DNA of 64,000 nt from Savitreella phatthalungensis (Eukaryota): assembly GCA_051599415.1 (NCBI GenBank), contig AP039695.1, forward strand, positions 558,001 to 622,000, read 5' to 3'. Below are positions 10,647-21,936 of the stretch, one piece after another. The notes under the pieces are model-generated. The model made no database searches, was not told the origin of the DNA, and saw only the letters and a list, made by a program, of their open reading frames with translations. Made by a program: the position numbers and the translations under genes. The first letter of the stretch is position 1. Every line of letters begins with the position of its first letter.

Positions 10647-13600
10647 CTAAACCAGCGACTTGTAATTGCTCAATTGGTCGTTCCCAGGATTGTCCGACAG
10701 ATGGTCTGCAGTCTCGCTCTCTGTGTCGGCTCCATTGTCAACGCGATCTCCGCTGCCTACTGCGGACGCAGTTTGAGGTTGTCGTGGCGGCAACTTCGGT
10801 TTGCTGATTCCCGACTGCTGCTGCTGCTGAGCCTTCTGGGCCGTGGTGAGACCTGAAGGGTTCTGTGATGATGGTCTTGCCGGAACGTCGGGCTTGGCTT
10901 GCAATTTTCCGAGCTGTCCTCCGTCGTTACCACCAGCACCGGGACCTCTGCCTCCATCCGCGGACGTTGCGCCGACAGGCTCGGTCGGCTTTCTGCGAGG
11001 TGGTACAGGCGGCTTTGGTTGGAATACTGGCTCTCCAACTCGCCAGGGGTTGGCTGGTCGCGCAGGGTTCAACCGCATGCCAGGCGGTACGACCACGTTT
11101 GACTTCGCCGTCGAATGATTCTCGATCCACCATTTGTGACGATCGGTGGAAGGCTGTGGCAGCGAGCGGGACGCGACGCTCGACACATCGTCGCCAACAT
11201 CTCCCTTGGCGAGCTGTCGCTGACGTTCACGATACAAGCCACGTTCGATTTGAGATTTGGTCGCCTCGTCCACAAGTTGTACTTGACATTTGAAGGTCGC
11301 CCAGACCGGCTTGTGATCTGACAACCTGAGTGGTGCGCTGTCGTATCCTTCCTGCGTCGCAATTGCACCTTTCTTGAGCACCCGGTCAGTCCAGGCTGGG
11401 ATTCGTTGTTTATCGCTTGTGTCGTACTCATCCGTCCCATTGTCAAATTTGTACGTTGGAGGGAAAGTAATCTGCTTTTCGTGAAAGAATCGGAAAACCT
11501 TGCCCTTTACCATTTCGCGATTGAGTTGGTCAGCCTCGAACAGTGTCTCATAGTCGCGAGCCTCGATGCAGTGGCGTACTTGCTCAATCGGCAGATCAAT
11601 GCGATAATTGAAGTCACCGGACCAAAAAACTGCATCATGATGGTCGACGATCGTGCGGCCACGATTGAATTTGAGTCCTTGTAGAATTGTGTTGTAATCA
11701 GCATTGCGCTCGTGGTGGTTGCTGTGGCCAGCTGCCAGGTGGGAATTGACAAAGCACAGACGAGTCGCACCATACTCAAGCCTGATTGCGACACCACCTT
11801 TGTTGCCGGACATACCGCGCAAGCCCGTCTTCTTCGAGGCGCCCTCGACGTTGCGAATATGTGTCAGACAGCGCTGCTTGACGAGCAACAGAAGTGCTGC
11901 GCCGACCAGCTGGCCGGTACGGATGAGGACATAGGACGGGCCGAGAGTCTGCATCACCATCTCGGTCCACATACGCAGCTTTTCCGGATCTGCCGAAACG
12001 ATTTGCGCAGGGGTCAGCTCTACGATTTCCTGGAATGCGATGGAGACGATATCAGCGTCGTTCTTTAGCCAAGGAGACAGATCCTCATCAGAGATCTTGC
12101 CGTTCAGGTTGAAGGTGCCGCAGAAGATACGCAGGTCGAGCGACTGGGACCATTCTGATGCTCTCCGCCGTGTCTGCTCATTCACCCAATCGGCGATCGG
12201 ATCATACAGGTTGACAGGCATTTGGTCAACGAGCCGGCCAAGCATGAGGTCAATGATCTCCTGCTTCGATCGATCTTGAAAATTGTTGATGTACATGCGA
12301 GCGGCAGACTTAGTTGCGTCCGCTATTGCCCCGGCTAAGGACATCTTCTGCCGGCGTGTGAAACTCGTCTTCAGGGCTCCTGTTCCTGCATAGATTTGAG
12401 AAAGGGCGTCGCCGTTGTTCGCCCAAAGATGGCCGTGGCGCTCCCAGAAGGTCATCTGGACCTGCTGTCCTAGGACCGCCTCGAGGTCTGCCTGAGAAAT
12501 AATATTTTGCACCATATTTGTGCGATCTAGACAGTCGAGGCAATTCGTCCTGAAGACTCCTCGCTGCACGGACTTGCCCTTGACAAATGAGCCAAACCGA
12601 TTCGCACTCTCACTCAACAGCGGCTTGATCTTGACGGCGCCCTCATACCCACCTCGTGTCTCGTTGTGAAAATCAAACTCAGTGATGTGAAGCGCATCAC
12701 CAAAGGGGCTGTCTCGTAACGCGGTGCGATAGAGGCCTGTCAGCAATTGCTCACTACTAGCTGTACCGAGCAGATTGACCACATGGACCTCGCCGCCGTA
12801 CTTCTCCAGCAGAGAAGCAAAGTGCCGCTCAAAAGCGGCTTGTGTCGCCGTCGGACTACGCGTGACTTCGACCTTGTGACCGCCCAGCAGACCACCGGAT
12901 GTTTGCTCCCAGAAGAGCGGCACGCTGCCCCGAACTTGACAAAACGACGAGAGGATTTGCTTGCTATCGAGCACCGTTTCCGTCTCGACAAAATTCGCCA
13001 CATTCCCTTCGTCGTCGATACCTCTTGCATTGAATCGAGTACCGGCTCTTCGCGAGGATAGTCTCGAAATTAGTGTAAGATTGCCGAGAGACGTCTGTAT
13101 GGTCTCTGCAAAACCACGAATGATGCTGGTCAAGAAGCGTCCCTCGTTCATATGCTTTCGTCGTTCCTCATTCATGTTATCACGCATAGCGATCAGGGGA
13201 CCGATGAGAAAGTCATTCCAGAGGAACTGGCGATCGAATGACTCTGGATCGTGGTCTTGTTTTGCTCTGCTCTGCAGATTGAGCGAGACATCGTGATCAG
13301 ATGAGAAGTAGAAGGATCCCGCTGACAAGAGCTCCCGGATGACCTCACATGGATGTGCATCAGTTCGCTCTGTCGCCTCGAAAAGCTCTTCCTGACCAGG
13401 CTCAAGTTGATTGCCGTTACTGTCGAAGAACTTTGGGTCAAAGCGATCGTCGTCGAGGCAATAGAACTCAACCGCATGAATGCGCTGAATGGTCTCCCCT
13501 TCTCGAATCCTTGCCACGGGGCTACAGCCTGTGACAATGCCGAGGAAGACGTGATCGTCGAGCGGGACAAGTCCCAAGCAGCCATAAATCGGCCTCAATC

Positions 13601-13760
13601 TGAGAGGTTTGTATTCGGTCTGATCCCAGTCTGCGGCAGGGATGAATTCCGCGCTCGAGCGTGCGCCCGAACCTGCTTCTTGGCGAAATGTCAGTGTCCA
13701 GGAATCATTAGAAATTGCGTAGGCACGGGAGCGATCCCTCCGATACAGGGTTAGAGACAT
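10647..13760 (-). CDS. INP53: synaptojanin-like polyphosphatidylinositol phosphatase (Sac1 + 5-phosphatase + Pro-rich tail)
   Basis: Sac1 motifs RAGTRFNARG and RTNCLDCLDRTN; 5-phosphatase motifs FWSGDFNYRI, PTYKFD, PAWTDRVL, SDHKPV. Paralog identity (Inp52/Inp53/Syj1) not resolved. Confidence 0.93.
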   Translation of the reverse strand: MSLTLYRRDRSRAYAISNDSWTLTFRQEAGSGARSSAEFIPAADWDQTEYKPLRLRPIYGCLGLVPLDDHVFLGIVTGCSPVARIREGETIQRIHAVEFYCLDDDRFDPKFFDSNGNQLEPGQEELFEATERTDAHPCEVIRELLSAGSFYFSSDHDVSLNLQSRAKQDHDPESFDRQFLWNDFLIGPLIAMRDNMNEERRKHMNEGRFLTSIIRGFAETIQTSLGNLTLISRLSSRRAGTRFNARGIDDEGNVANFVETETVLDSKQILSSFCQVRGSVPLFWEQTSGGLLGGHKVEVTRSPTATQAAFERHFASLLEKYGGEVHVVNLLGTASSEQLLTGLYRTALRDSPFGDALHITEFDFHNETRGGYEGAVKIKPLLSESANRFGSFVKGKSVQRGVFRTNCLDCLDRTNMVQNIISQADLEAVLGQQVQMTFWERHGHLWANNGDALSQIYAGTGALKTSFTRRQKMSLAGAIADATKSAARMYINNFQDRSKQEIIDLMLGRLVDQMPVNLYDPIADWVNEQTRRRASEWSQSLDLRIFCGTFNLNGKISDEDLSPWLKNDADIVSIAFQEIVELTPAQIVSADPEKLRMWTEMVMQTLGPSYVLIRTGQLVGAALLLLVKQRCLTHIRNVEGASKKTGLRGMSGNKGGVAIRLEYGATRLCFVNSHLAAGHSNHHERNADYNTILQGLKFNRGRTIVDHHDAVFWSGDFNYRIDLPIEQVRHCIEARDYETLFEADQLNREMVKGKVFRFFHEKQITFPPTYKFDNGTDEYDTSDKQRIPAWTDRVLKKGAIATQEGYDSAPLRLSDHKPVWATFKCQVQLVDEATKSQIERGLYRERQRQLAKGDVGDDVSSVASRSLPQPSTDRHKWWIENHSTAKSNVVVPPGMRLNPARPANPWRVGEPVFQPKPPVPPRRKPTEPVGATSADGGRGPGAGGNDGGQLGKLQAKPDVPARPSSQNPSGLTTAQKAQQQQQSGISKPKLPPRQPQTASAVGSGDRVDNGADTESETADHLSDNPGNDQLSNYKSLV

Positions 13761-14898
13761 CTTGCCGCCTCAGATTGCACCTGCCTCACCCTTCGTACAG
13801 ATCAATCGTTAGACCCGTACCCACGCGCCGACCACCTGTCTAAGGCCGGCGTTTCTCTTGATCAAGATGTCGATCTCGCAGCTAGCTGTACGGCAAGTCT
13901 CTCTGTCTGCTGTCTTTGGGGATGATGCGAGTGGTGCAATGTCTTGCGGGAACGTATAATACACGATGTTGATGGACTTGCATCTTAATACATGTATCGT
14001 TTCAGTTTGTGATCAGTCGTCATCGTGCACAGTTGCGCATCCGCGCTCTCAAGGATTTGTGTGATGATCGAATTCACACTTTGATCGTGCATTGAAACTT
14101 TTGATCAGGATGCTCATGCACCCAACATGCACCACGCGAATCGATACACCATGAATGGACCTTTGTGCATTAAATTATAGCTACGAAACTCCAATGCAAC
14201 CACAAACAGAGATTCATTACAGTGCGTTGAAGCGTGCAGACAGGTGTGTATCATCAGTTATCATCAAGCTAGTTCGCGCTATTTCGTATTCGAATTTCAG
14301 GAATTAGTGAGCATTGAATACTTAAAATTGAAAGTATTATACCATGCGTGCACAATGATTGACCAATTGTTGCATATTCGATCCTCAGAAGAATTCATGG
14401 AACAGCTACTAGCTGATTGGAAGCTATTTTTGGTTTCTATTCCCGCTGCTGTGTATCTGCCATGCATGAATCGCATGAACTTGGGTAGGAATGCTTGCTG
14501 CCTCCGCATATTTCGCTTCCAATCAAGAATTAGAAGTATATCGTCGCTCAAACACGATTAATCAATAAGAAATTTCAAGGCAGAATTCGATCAGACTGAC
14601 GTACGTACAGATATTTCCAACGTGATCATAGCTTAATTGTTTCTCCAAGACACTCCCACACTTGCATCCCGTGCCCAACATCTATCCGGAGCTTGGCAAC
14701 ACGATTACACACTGTCCGTCCTTGCCAGAATCAAAGCGGCCATTGATCACCATACAAGCCGGCTCTGAACAGATAGGTACTGCTGCGTTTGTTGGGCGTA
14801 TCGATCGATCTCGCGGAGAGACAGTGGTGGAACATCTCGGGCTTGTCCACGCCGCTAAAGAACGAGTCACATCGAGTCTATGGCTTGAGGAGATAAGC

Positions 14899-17274
14899 AT
14901 GTCTTTCAGCGACTCTTTCTGGTCGGAAGACTACTCGACCGGAATTAATGCCCTGTTCAAGAAGCTGAATCAGGGACTTGTGGAGAATGAGGAGGTACTA
15001 GGCTTCGCTAGAAGGCGTGCAGAGCTGGAAGACGCTCACGGTCAGCGCTTGTTCACGCAAGCTCATGACAGCTACAGGAAGAATAACGGCTTCCTCGCAG
15101 ATGACGGTGCAACGACTCGCAAAGCTTTCGAGGGCATGGTGCAAGAGTTGGAAGAGTCGGCTGCTTGTCACGCTAAAATTTCACAGAATCTGATAGAGAT
15201 GGTCGTGAAACCATTCGGCAGGTGGGTCGAGGAACACGCCGTGAGGGTCAAGCAGTCTGAAAAGGATCTGACAACCAAAGTAAAGGCCTGGGAGAAACAG
15301 CATAGTGAAGTCAAACGTCTTCGCGGCACATATTTCAACAAGTGCCGTTTGCTGGAGGAAGAAGATGGCCAGTCTGCCGGACTGCCTTCCGAGACCGGGA
15401 CAAGCGGCCATAACGCGGTAGCCGATCAGTCCGCAGCACAGTCAGAACAACGAGACGAGGATGAGGAAGAGTTCGAGCTTGGTGATACCGTGTTCTCAAC
15501 ATCCCAGCTGAAGAGCCTCTTTTCTGCCATGCTGACAGACTTGCCCATGCGAGAGGTGAAGCTTCCGATCCTCGGCACCTTCACGCACGTGTCTACAGGA
15601 GATCAAATCACCAAGTGGATCTCACAGAAAATGCGATTTGAGCTCGATGACTCCGAATCTTTCGGACAAAGCCTTGTTGACAGCGGCTTCCTCCGTCATC
15701 TTGGTGTCGGTAGCACCTTTGCCAATTCATCGAAGCTGCAATTTCAATGGCGGGACAAAGCGCTCGTCCTGGCGGGCAAAATGCGGCCTGGCGAGAATTC
15801 CATCATCAATCGGGCAAGCAATATGCCGTATGTGGGCGAGTACGTATCGACGTATGTACCAAATCCGGTCCATGCCGGCGAGACGCCGCTTGAGCGTCTG
15901 AAGAGAGAAGCAAGGGCTGCCGACGAAGCTTATCGAACAGGTGTATCCCGCCTGGACGCCCTGCGCACAGAACTAGACATCGCCATCAGTGAGCACTTGA
16001 AGTTCATGGAACGTTGCGAGCTCGACCGACTCAAAGCCCTCAAGGCTGTGATGATGGACATCTCGGCAGCCATCTCCAACGAAGTGCCATCACTCAAGGC
16101 CTCCTGCGATACTGTAGTGGCTTTCCAAGAAGCCGTCTCACCTCAAGCTGATCTGCGCTTTTTGGTTGAGTCCTACAGGACGGGCACGTTTGCACCCAAA
16201 TCTGTTACGTACGACAGCTACTACAATGCCGTCGAGGGCGTCTTCGGCGTGGACCTGGAGCTACGCTCGAGAGCAGACAAAAAGCGCGTCCCGCTGATCG
16301 TCTTTGCCATTCTATCGCACATGGACGAGCATTACCCAGATTTACCAGATGACGACGGTCGAAGACGTGTCTGGCTGAGGAACGTCCCTCTCCATTTCAC
16401 CTACGAGCTACGCTCCAAGTTGAATAGCAGCACGACCATTGATCCAGCCATACTGGAGTCGTACGATCCTGCCATCGTTGCATCTGTCCTCAAGTTATAC
16501 CTGCTCGAGCTGCCTGATGCGCCGATTCCAGCGCTGAGTGATTCTGCTGAAGGCATCGTCGAGGAGCTGGCTGGACTACGCCTGAGCAATATCGCAACAC
16601 TTGATGCACTCATGACCCACTGGTCACGTCTGGTTGAGCTCACAAATGCTCCAGAAGAATACAAACAGGCATGGGCTCAGCACCTTGCCCCGTGCCTCAC
16701 GCGCAGGCATGACAAGGCAGCCCAGCGCTTCCTACTGGAGCTACTCAATCGCAAGCAGGAAATATTCACAGCACTGAAAAAGGTCGTCAAGGAGGGGAAG
16801 CGTGGCAGCAAGCCAGAGCAGCTCAATCAGACCGAATCCGCTCCTTCAAGCGGATCTGTCTCCGGTCGAGCTTCAGACACGCCCGCATCGCGAGCGCGAC
16901 CGAGTCTCACAGACGAGATCGATTTCGATTCCAGGCCAAGGAATGCGCAGGAGAAGCGGCCGTCTGCCTCCTCCTCGCACCCTGTCGCGAGCGCTCGCCC
17001 AAGCTCCCACGAGGCCGGTAACCACAATGCCCCGGAGAAGAGCAGCAGAGGCATTGCCCCGGCGACCCGCGAGATCACCGCGGCCAGTGGCGGTACCGGC
17101 TCCACATCCACTGCGCCACAGCTCGGATCTGCCGATGGCGCGACGATCACCACGGTAGACACGCGGTCCTCGCAACTCGCATCAGCTACGACGACGAGTG
17201 TGCCGACGAAGGACGAGCGTCCTGCTCGTGGTGTCGAGCTTACCGATGGTGGAGATGCCGTAGACTACGATTGA
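14899..17274 (+). CDS. RGD2: F-BAR-DEP-RhoGAP protein (Rgd2/Rga8-like)
   Basis: First likely ATG gives MSFSDSFWSEDYSTG (F-BAR start). DEP region (FGQSLVDSGFLR); RhoGAP region (VFGVDLE, ASVLKLYLLELPD). Confidence 0.88.
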   Translation: MSFSDSFWSEDYSTGINALFKKLNQGLVENEEVLGFARRRAELEDAHGQRLFTQAHDSYRKNNGFLADDGATTRKAFEGMVQELEESAACHAKISQNLIEMVVKPFGRWVEEHAVRVKQSEKDLTTKVKAWEKQHSEVKRLRGTYFNKCRLLEEEDGQSAGLPSETGTSGHNAVADQSAAQSEQRDEDEEEFELGDTVFSTSQLKSLFSAMLTDLPMREVKLPILGTFTHVSTGDQITKWISQKMRFELDDSESFGQSLVDSGFLRHLGVGSTFANSSKLQFQWRDKALVLAGKMRPGENSIINRASNMPYVGEYVSTYVPNPVHAGETPLERLKREARAADEAYRTGVSRLDALRTELDIAISEHLKFMERCELDRLKALKAVMMDISAAISNEVPSLKASCDTVVAFQEAVSPQADLRFLVESYRTGTFAPKSVTYDSYYNAVEGVFGVDLELRSRADKKRVPLIVFAILSHMDEHYPDLPDDDGRRRVWLRNVPLHFTYELRSKLNSSTTIDPAILESYDPAIVASVLKLYLLELPDAPIPALSDSAEGIVEELAGLRLSNIATLDALMTHWSRLVELTNAPEEYKQAWAQHLAPCLTRRHDKAAQRFLLELLNRKQEIFTALKKVVKEGKRGSKPEQLNQTESAPSSGSVSGRASDTPASRARPSLTDEIDFDSRPRNAQEKRPSASSSHPVASARPSSHEAGNHNAPEKSSRGIAPATREITAASGGTGSTSTAPQLGSADGATITTVDTRSSQLASATTTSVPTKDERPARGVELTDGGDAVDYD

Positions 17275-17312
17275 TTAGCTACAAAGTTTCCTTCAAATTT
17301 GATGCAATTCGC

Positions 17313-19880
17313 ATGCTCGCTAGGTCATCAATGAGTACCGTAGCAAGGGAGGTCCTGAGGGCCATCAAGCCAAGACATTATGACTTGCATCTACGGAATC
17401 TCGACTTCGAGCGTGGTGCTTTTCAAGGCAGAGTAGCGATTCGATTCGAGGCGGAGAAGCCGCTTCGTGAAATTTCGTTGAACGCCGTCGATTTGGACGT
17501 ACAGCATGCCAGCGTAGGCGACGTACGTGCGGAAGACATCTCCTACACCAAGGATGATGGCCGCGTCCATTTGAAGTTCCCGAAGGATGTCGCTACAGGG
17601 GAGCTGAGTCTCGTGTTTGCAGGACAGATGAACGATCTGCTTGCTGGCTTTTACAGGGCTCACTACACATACAAGGGAGAAAAGCGTTGGCTCGGGTCGA
17701 CTCAGATGGAAGCGATTGATTGTCGTCGGGCTTTCCCGTGCTGTGATCAACCCGATGCGAAAGCAACATTTGATGTCACCATCACTGCTGACCGCAAATA
17801 CACAGTCCTTTCCAATATGCCGGTCAAGAAGGAGGTTGAGGAGGATGACGGGCAGAAAACGACTTCATTCGAGACGACACCAATCATGAGCACGTATCTG
17901 ATTGCCTGGGTTGTCGGCGAGCTTGAATACCTCGAGACGTTCACCTCGGGCCGGCATACACCGCGAATTCCTGTTCGGATGTACACGACCGCAGGACTTG
18001 TCGAGCAAGGCAAATTCTCACTAGATCTCGCGGCCAAAACGCTTGACTACTTTGCAGAAATGTTCGACATTCCATATGACCTGCCAAAGCTCGACATGAT
18101 CGGATGCGAGGCCTTCGCGGCAGGTGCCATGGAGAATTGGGGCTTAATTACATACAGGCAGACAGAGGTCCTGATTGACGAAGCACAGAGTGGTGCGGAC
18201 GCGAAGGAACGAGTCGCCGAGACAGTCCAGCACGAGCTTGCACATCAATGGTTCGGCAACCTCGTCACCTTCGATTGGTGGCGCGATCTCTGGCTGAACG
18301 AGGGCTTTGCCACTTTTATATCGAAGCTCTCCGGAGATGCATTCTTCCCAAATTGGCGCATCTGGGACAAGTTTGTGACGGCAGACATGCAGTCGGCGTT
18401 GACCCTTGATGGTCTGCCCTCTTCACATCCTATCGATGTACCAATCAACCGCGCAAGTGAGGTTGATCAGATTTTCGACGCTATTTCTTACTTGAAGGGC
18501 GCGATGCTGATTCGGATGCTATGCGCTTATCTAGGTCAAGATGTCTTCTTGGCGGGAGTGCGCCACTACCTCAAGCGTCACAAGTACGGCAACACGGTCA
18601 CTTCAGATCTGTGGAAAGCGCTGAGCGAAGTGTCTGGGAAGGATGTCGCATCAGTGGCCGACGTTTGGACATCGAAGGTCGGCTACCCCGTTCTCAACGT
18701 CACTGGGACGCACCTCGAGCAACACCGATTTCTCTCGATTGGTGAGGTCAAGCCCGAAGACGATGAGACGATCTATTGGGTGCCTCTGGAAGCAAAGCGA
18801 TACGATAGCGAAGAAGTTGACAAGGCTGCGATGACCGTTCGCAAACAGGAGCGCAAGGCTGGCCTGTGGAAGTACAATACGGGTCACACCGGTATCTATC
18901 GAGTCAATTATTCCCCAGATCACCTTCTAGAATTGGCTCGACTTCAGCAAAAGCTGAGCGTTACCGACCGTGCTGGACTTTTGGCCGATGCTGGAGCGTT
19001 GGCTGCTGCTGGATATGGCAAGTCATCTGCGTTGCTGGCCTTGATGGCGGAGTGGAAGGACGAACCTGACTTCGTTGTGTGGTCAGAAATCGCTGCGAGA
19101 CTATCTGCAGTGACGCAGGCTTGGGCATTCGAGTCAGATGAGACGCTTGCTCAGTTGCGAAGCTTCAAACGCAAGCTCGTCTCTGATAAAGCCCATGAGC
19201 TTGGCTACGACTTTTCGGAGATTACAGCCGACAACGAGTCAGACTTTGTCGAAGGACAGTTCAAGGCGCTCATGTTTGAGCTGGCCGCTGACTCGGGCGA
19301 TGAAAAGGTTGTGGCTGCAGCCAAGGAGATGTTTGCAGCCAACAATATTCCACCGAACCTACGCAGCGGTGTGTACCGCGTCATCTCGCGAGAGGGTACG
19401 GACGAGCAGTACAAGGAACTTCACGCAATCGTAGCCAAACCTGACTTGCCATTCGAGACACGTTTGAATGCTTTGCGCTCGCTTGGCGCGTCGAAGGACG
19501 CGGCGCGCATTTCATCGACGCTTGATCTCTTCAACGCCCCTTATGTCAAAAATCAGGACGTTGGCACATTGCTGCAGGGACTTCGCGGTCACCGTCAAGG
19601 TATTGAGGCTCTTTACAAGTTCTTGATCAGTCATTGGGAGGTCATTGACAAGCGCCTTCCTTCTGCTGTAGGATCACTCAAGGGTGGTGCTGTCAAGACG
19701 TGTCTACTAGGCTTGACGGACGAGTCGTACATCGAAAAGACTCGCGAGTTCTTCGCCGACAAGGACTGCAGTGGTTTCGATCGTTTGATTGAGCAGGCCT
19801 ACGACGCTATCCGTTCCAAAGCTCGCTGGGTTCGTCGTGATGCGGACGATGTGAAACAGTATCTTGACAGTCTCGAGTAG
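17313..19880 (+). CDS. APE2: M1 family alanine/arginine aminopeptidase (puromycin-sensitive type)
   Basis: GAMENWGL, zinc motif HELAHQWFGNLVT...WLNEG, ERAP1-like C-terminus. Start is ATG 17313 or 17331. Confidence 0.93.
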   Translation: MLARSSMSTVAREVLRAIKPRHYDLHLRNLDFERGAFQGRVAIRFEAEKPLREISLNAVDLDVQHASVGDVRAEDISYTKDDGRVHLKFPKDVATGELSLVFAGQMNDLLAGFYRAHYTYKGEKRWLGSTQMEAIDCRRAFPCCDQPDAKATFDVTITADRKYTVLSNMPVKKEVEEDDGQKTTSFETTPIMSTYLIAWVVGELEYLETFTSGRHTPRIPVRMYTTAGLVEQGKFSLDLAAKTLDYFAEMFDIPYDLPKLDMIGCEAFAAGAMENWGLITYRQTEVLIDEAQSGADAKERVAETVQHELAHQWFGNLVTFDWWRDLWLNEGFATFISKLSGDAFFPNWRIWDKFVTADMQSALTLDGLPSSHPIDVPINRASEVDQIFDAISYLKGAMLIRMLCAYLGQDVFLAGVRHYLKRHKYGNTVTSDLWKALSEVSGKDVASVADVWTSKVGYPVLNVTGTHLEQHRFLSIGEVKPEDDETIYWVPLEAKRYDSEEVDKAAMTVRKQERKAGLWKYNTGHTGIYRVNYSPDHLLELARLQQKLSVTDRAGLLADAGALAAAGYGKSSALLALMAEWKDEPDFVVWSEIAARLSAVTQAWAFESDETLAQLRSFKRKLVSDKAHELGYDFSEITADNESDFVEGQFKALMFELAADSGDEKVVAAAKEMFAANNIPPNLRSGVYRVISREGTDEQYKELHAIVAKPDLPFETRLNALRSLGASKDAARISSTLDLFNAPYVKNQDVGTLLQGLRGHRQGIEALYKFLISHWEVIDKRLPSAVGSLKGGAVKTCLLGLTDESYIEKTREFFADKDCSGFDRLIEQAYDAIRSKARWVRRDADDVKQYLDSLE

Positions 19881-19892
19881 AGCAGCGCAGTC

Positions 19893-20624
19893 TCAGACAG
19901 TGGGCTCAGGAGCCACGAGACCTTCAGCCGGCGCGGCCGCGCCACTCGGTTGCGTTGGTTGAAACTCCGTTTGCGCTGCAGGGGGTGTCGAGGGGGCAGG
20001 GACCGCATTCCCAGATACAGGTGCCTTGTTGCGAGCCTCCGTCATCTCGAGCGGCTCGACGGCCTGCAGGCTCGAGCTCGCAGCGGCTGGCTGACCTGCA
20101 GGGATCTGGGCTGCAGCGGCTGACACTGCGGCAGGTGCAGTTTCCGGCGGTGGCGGAGTAGGCGCTGAGGCTGCTGCTGCGCGTGCAGCTGCCATATCGG
20201 CGTCTGATACGCGAGGCCTCGCGGCCGTATTCGAAGGGCGAGCGGCCGCCCGAGGATTCGAAGCCGGACGAGGTGCGTCAGCTGGCCTTATAGTGGTTGT
20301 CTCTGCGGCGGCCCCGTCCGCTGCTGCGGCTGGCAAAGGCACCATGCCGCCACCTGGCGTGAACGCTTGACCTGGAGGCACTCCGCCTGCAGCACGCTGC
20401 TGCTGCCCTTGCTGACCACCTTGCCGATTGCGCTGTCTTCCACGTTGGGCTCCTTGACGGGCACGGCCTCGTCGCTGCTGCTGCTGTTGGGGCTGTTGCG
20501 GCAGCGCGTCGCGCCTTCCCAGAACTTGACCTGATAAACCTTGCGTGGTCGCGCTCGACGGTAGTCCGATGCTGACCGCTGAGACTCCCAGCGCAAAACA
20601 AAGTATCACCGCTTGTGCTTTCAT
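19893..20624 (-). CDS. secreted low-complexity orphan protein
   Basis: 243 aa with signal peptide MKAQAVILCFALGVSA, dibasic GRR-DA site, Q/R/G-rich then A/P-rich segments. TATATA lies ~60 nt upstream (20680-20687). Confidence 0.75.
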   Translation of the reverse strand: MKAQAVILCFALGVSAVSIGLPSSATTQGLSGQVLGRRDALPQQPQQQQQRRGRARQGAQRGRQRNRQGGQQGQQQRAAGGVPPGQAFTPGGGMVPLPAAAADGAAAETTTIRPADAPRPASNPRAAARPSNTAARPRVSDADMAAARAAAASAPTPPPPETAPAAVSAAAAQIPAGQPAAASSSLQAVEPLEMTEARNKAPVSGNAVPAPSTPPAAQTEFQPTQPSGAAAPAEGLVAPEPTV

Positions 20625-20840
20625 AACTGTAGGAGTGGTCGAGTCAATGACAATTTATCCTTAGACCTACAACCCATCGTATATATAGAGCGAGATTGAG
20701 TGATGACGCGTAGCGACCGGCTGGAGAATTCTGCCACAGATATGACGCGATCGGCAATGTCGCAGACCGTGCTGGCTTCCGTAACGGTCGGTGGAAACAT
20801 GAGGCGTTCGTGATACAAGCTGGAAACGTGAAAAGTGCGA

Positions 20841-21187
20841 TCAAGCCGTTGACCGGATGTAAAGCACTATGAATGTCAGAATGAATCAGGTTCTGAGAAA
20901 GCAGTAGACCTTGACGTACCATTATTACCTCTGATGAAGCTGTCACCGAAGCGATTCTTGACCTGTCCATCAACGTGTTCTTCAGTGTCCTCCAGTGCTA
21001 TATTCATGAAGCCATCCAGGCAAGACAAGACGCCGACATAGTCAATGCCGCTACTCAAACGAACAACGACTCGCTGTCCAACAATTTTTTGCAGGAACAG
21101 TGCTGGCGCTCCCGGTGTTACAGGGGCTACCGATGCAGCCGCGGTCCCGTTCGCTGCTTCGACTGCTTGGCCATTTGATGTTGTCAT
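20841..21187 (-). CDS. LSM6: U6 snRNA-associated Sm-like protein Lsm6; 2 exons, intron 20867-20919
   Basis: Sm1 motif GVLSCLDGFMNIALE. The intron GTACGT...CTGAC ATTCATAG restores the Sm2 motif FIRGNN-VLYI and the stop at 20841. Confidence 0.93.
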
Positions 21188-21936
21188 GTGGTATTCGACC
21201 TTTCAAACCACCGAGGTCGCACAGTCAAGTTCTCAAAACTGATTCACAAGTGTGCGTGGACACGTTGATGCGTGAAGAGCTGTGTAGATAGAGAGTTGGC
21301 GTACGTAGAGTAAATCCATGGTAGTGTTTCAATCGTCATGAGAGTGACATGTAACCATGCGCGGATGCACAGACAGTATACATTTCACGGATGAATCACG
21401 TGGCAGAAGCACACAGGCAACCCTCAGTGAAGAGTATTACATGAATCATAAGATTTCGATCTATGTTCCATATTGATTCGGAGATTAGCAACTGTAATCT
21501 TCAGTCTGTCTACAATGTGTGACAACACAATATCGTATGAAAGCTCGATATTCTATTAATATTAGATCTTCAGAGGACTTAAGAAATTAGTCAGGCGAGC
21601 AAGCCGAATACTCGATCATTTAAATTGAGCGGGTGTGCGTGCCTTACCTCTAGACTCAACCTGAGGCGAGCTATATTCATTAGATCGACTCCATGAATGA
21701 TCGAGGATTGAATTATCTATCTCTGTCCAGTCAATCCGAATTGATATAACAGCTAGAGAATAGACTGCGATCTAATGTTCTGTATCTCTCCGAATCCTCT
21801 TTCCTATAGTCTACGTACCCCCCCATTTTTTTTTTTGATTCTTTTCTTCTGTTGTTTTTGCTCGTCTCAAAGGTCTGGGGGTATTTGTGGGCGTGCAAAC
21901 ACTTGCTGGCTGATCGATTCCATGGTGTTATTTATG

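Noticed and set aside
14244..14898. ORFs 14244..14561 and 14297..14551, and the N-terminal extension of RGD2 from 14662
   Set aside because: Non-ATG starts in AT-richer divergent promoter DNA; family similarity begins only at MSFSDSFW (14899).
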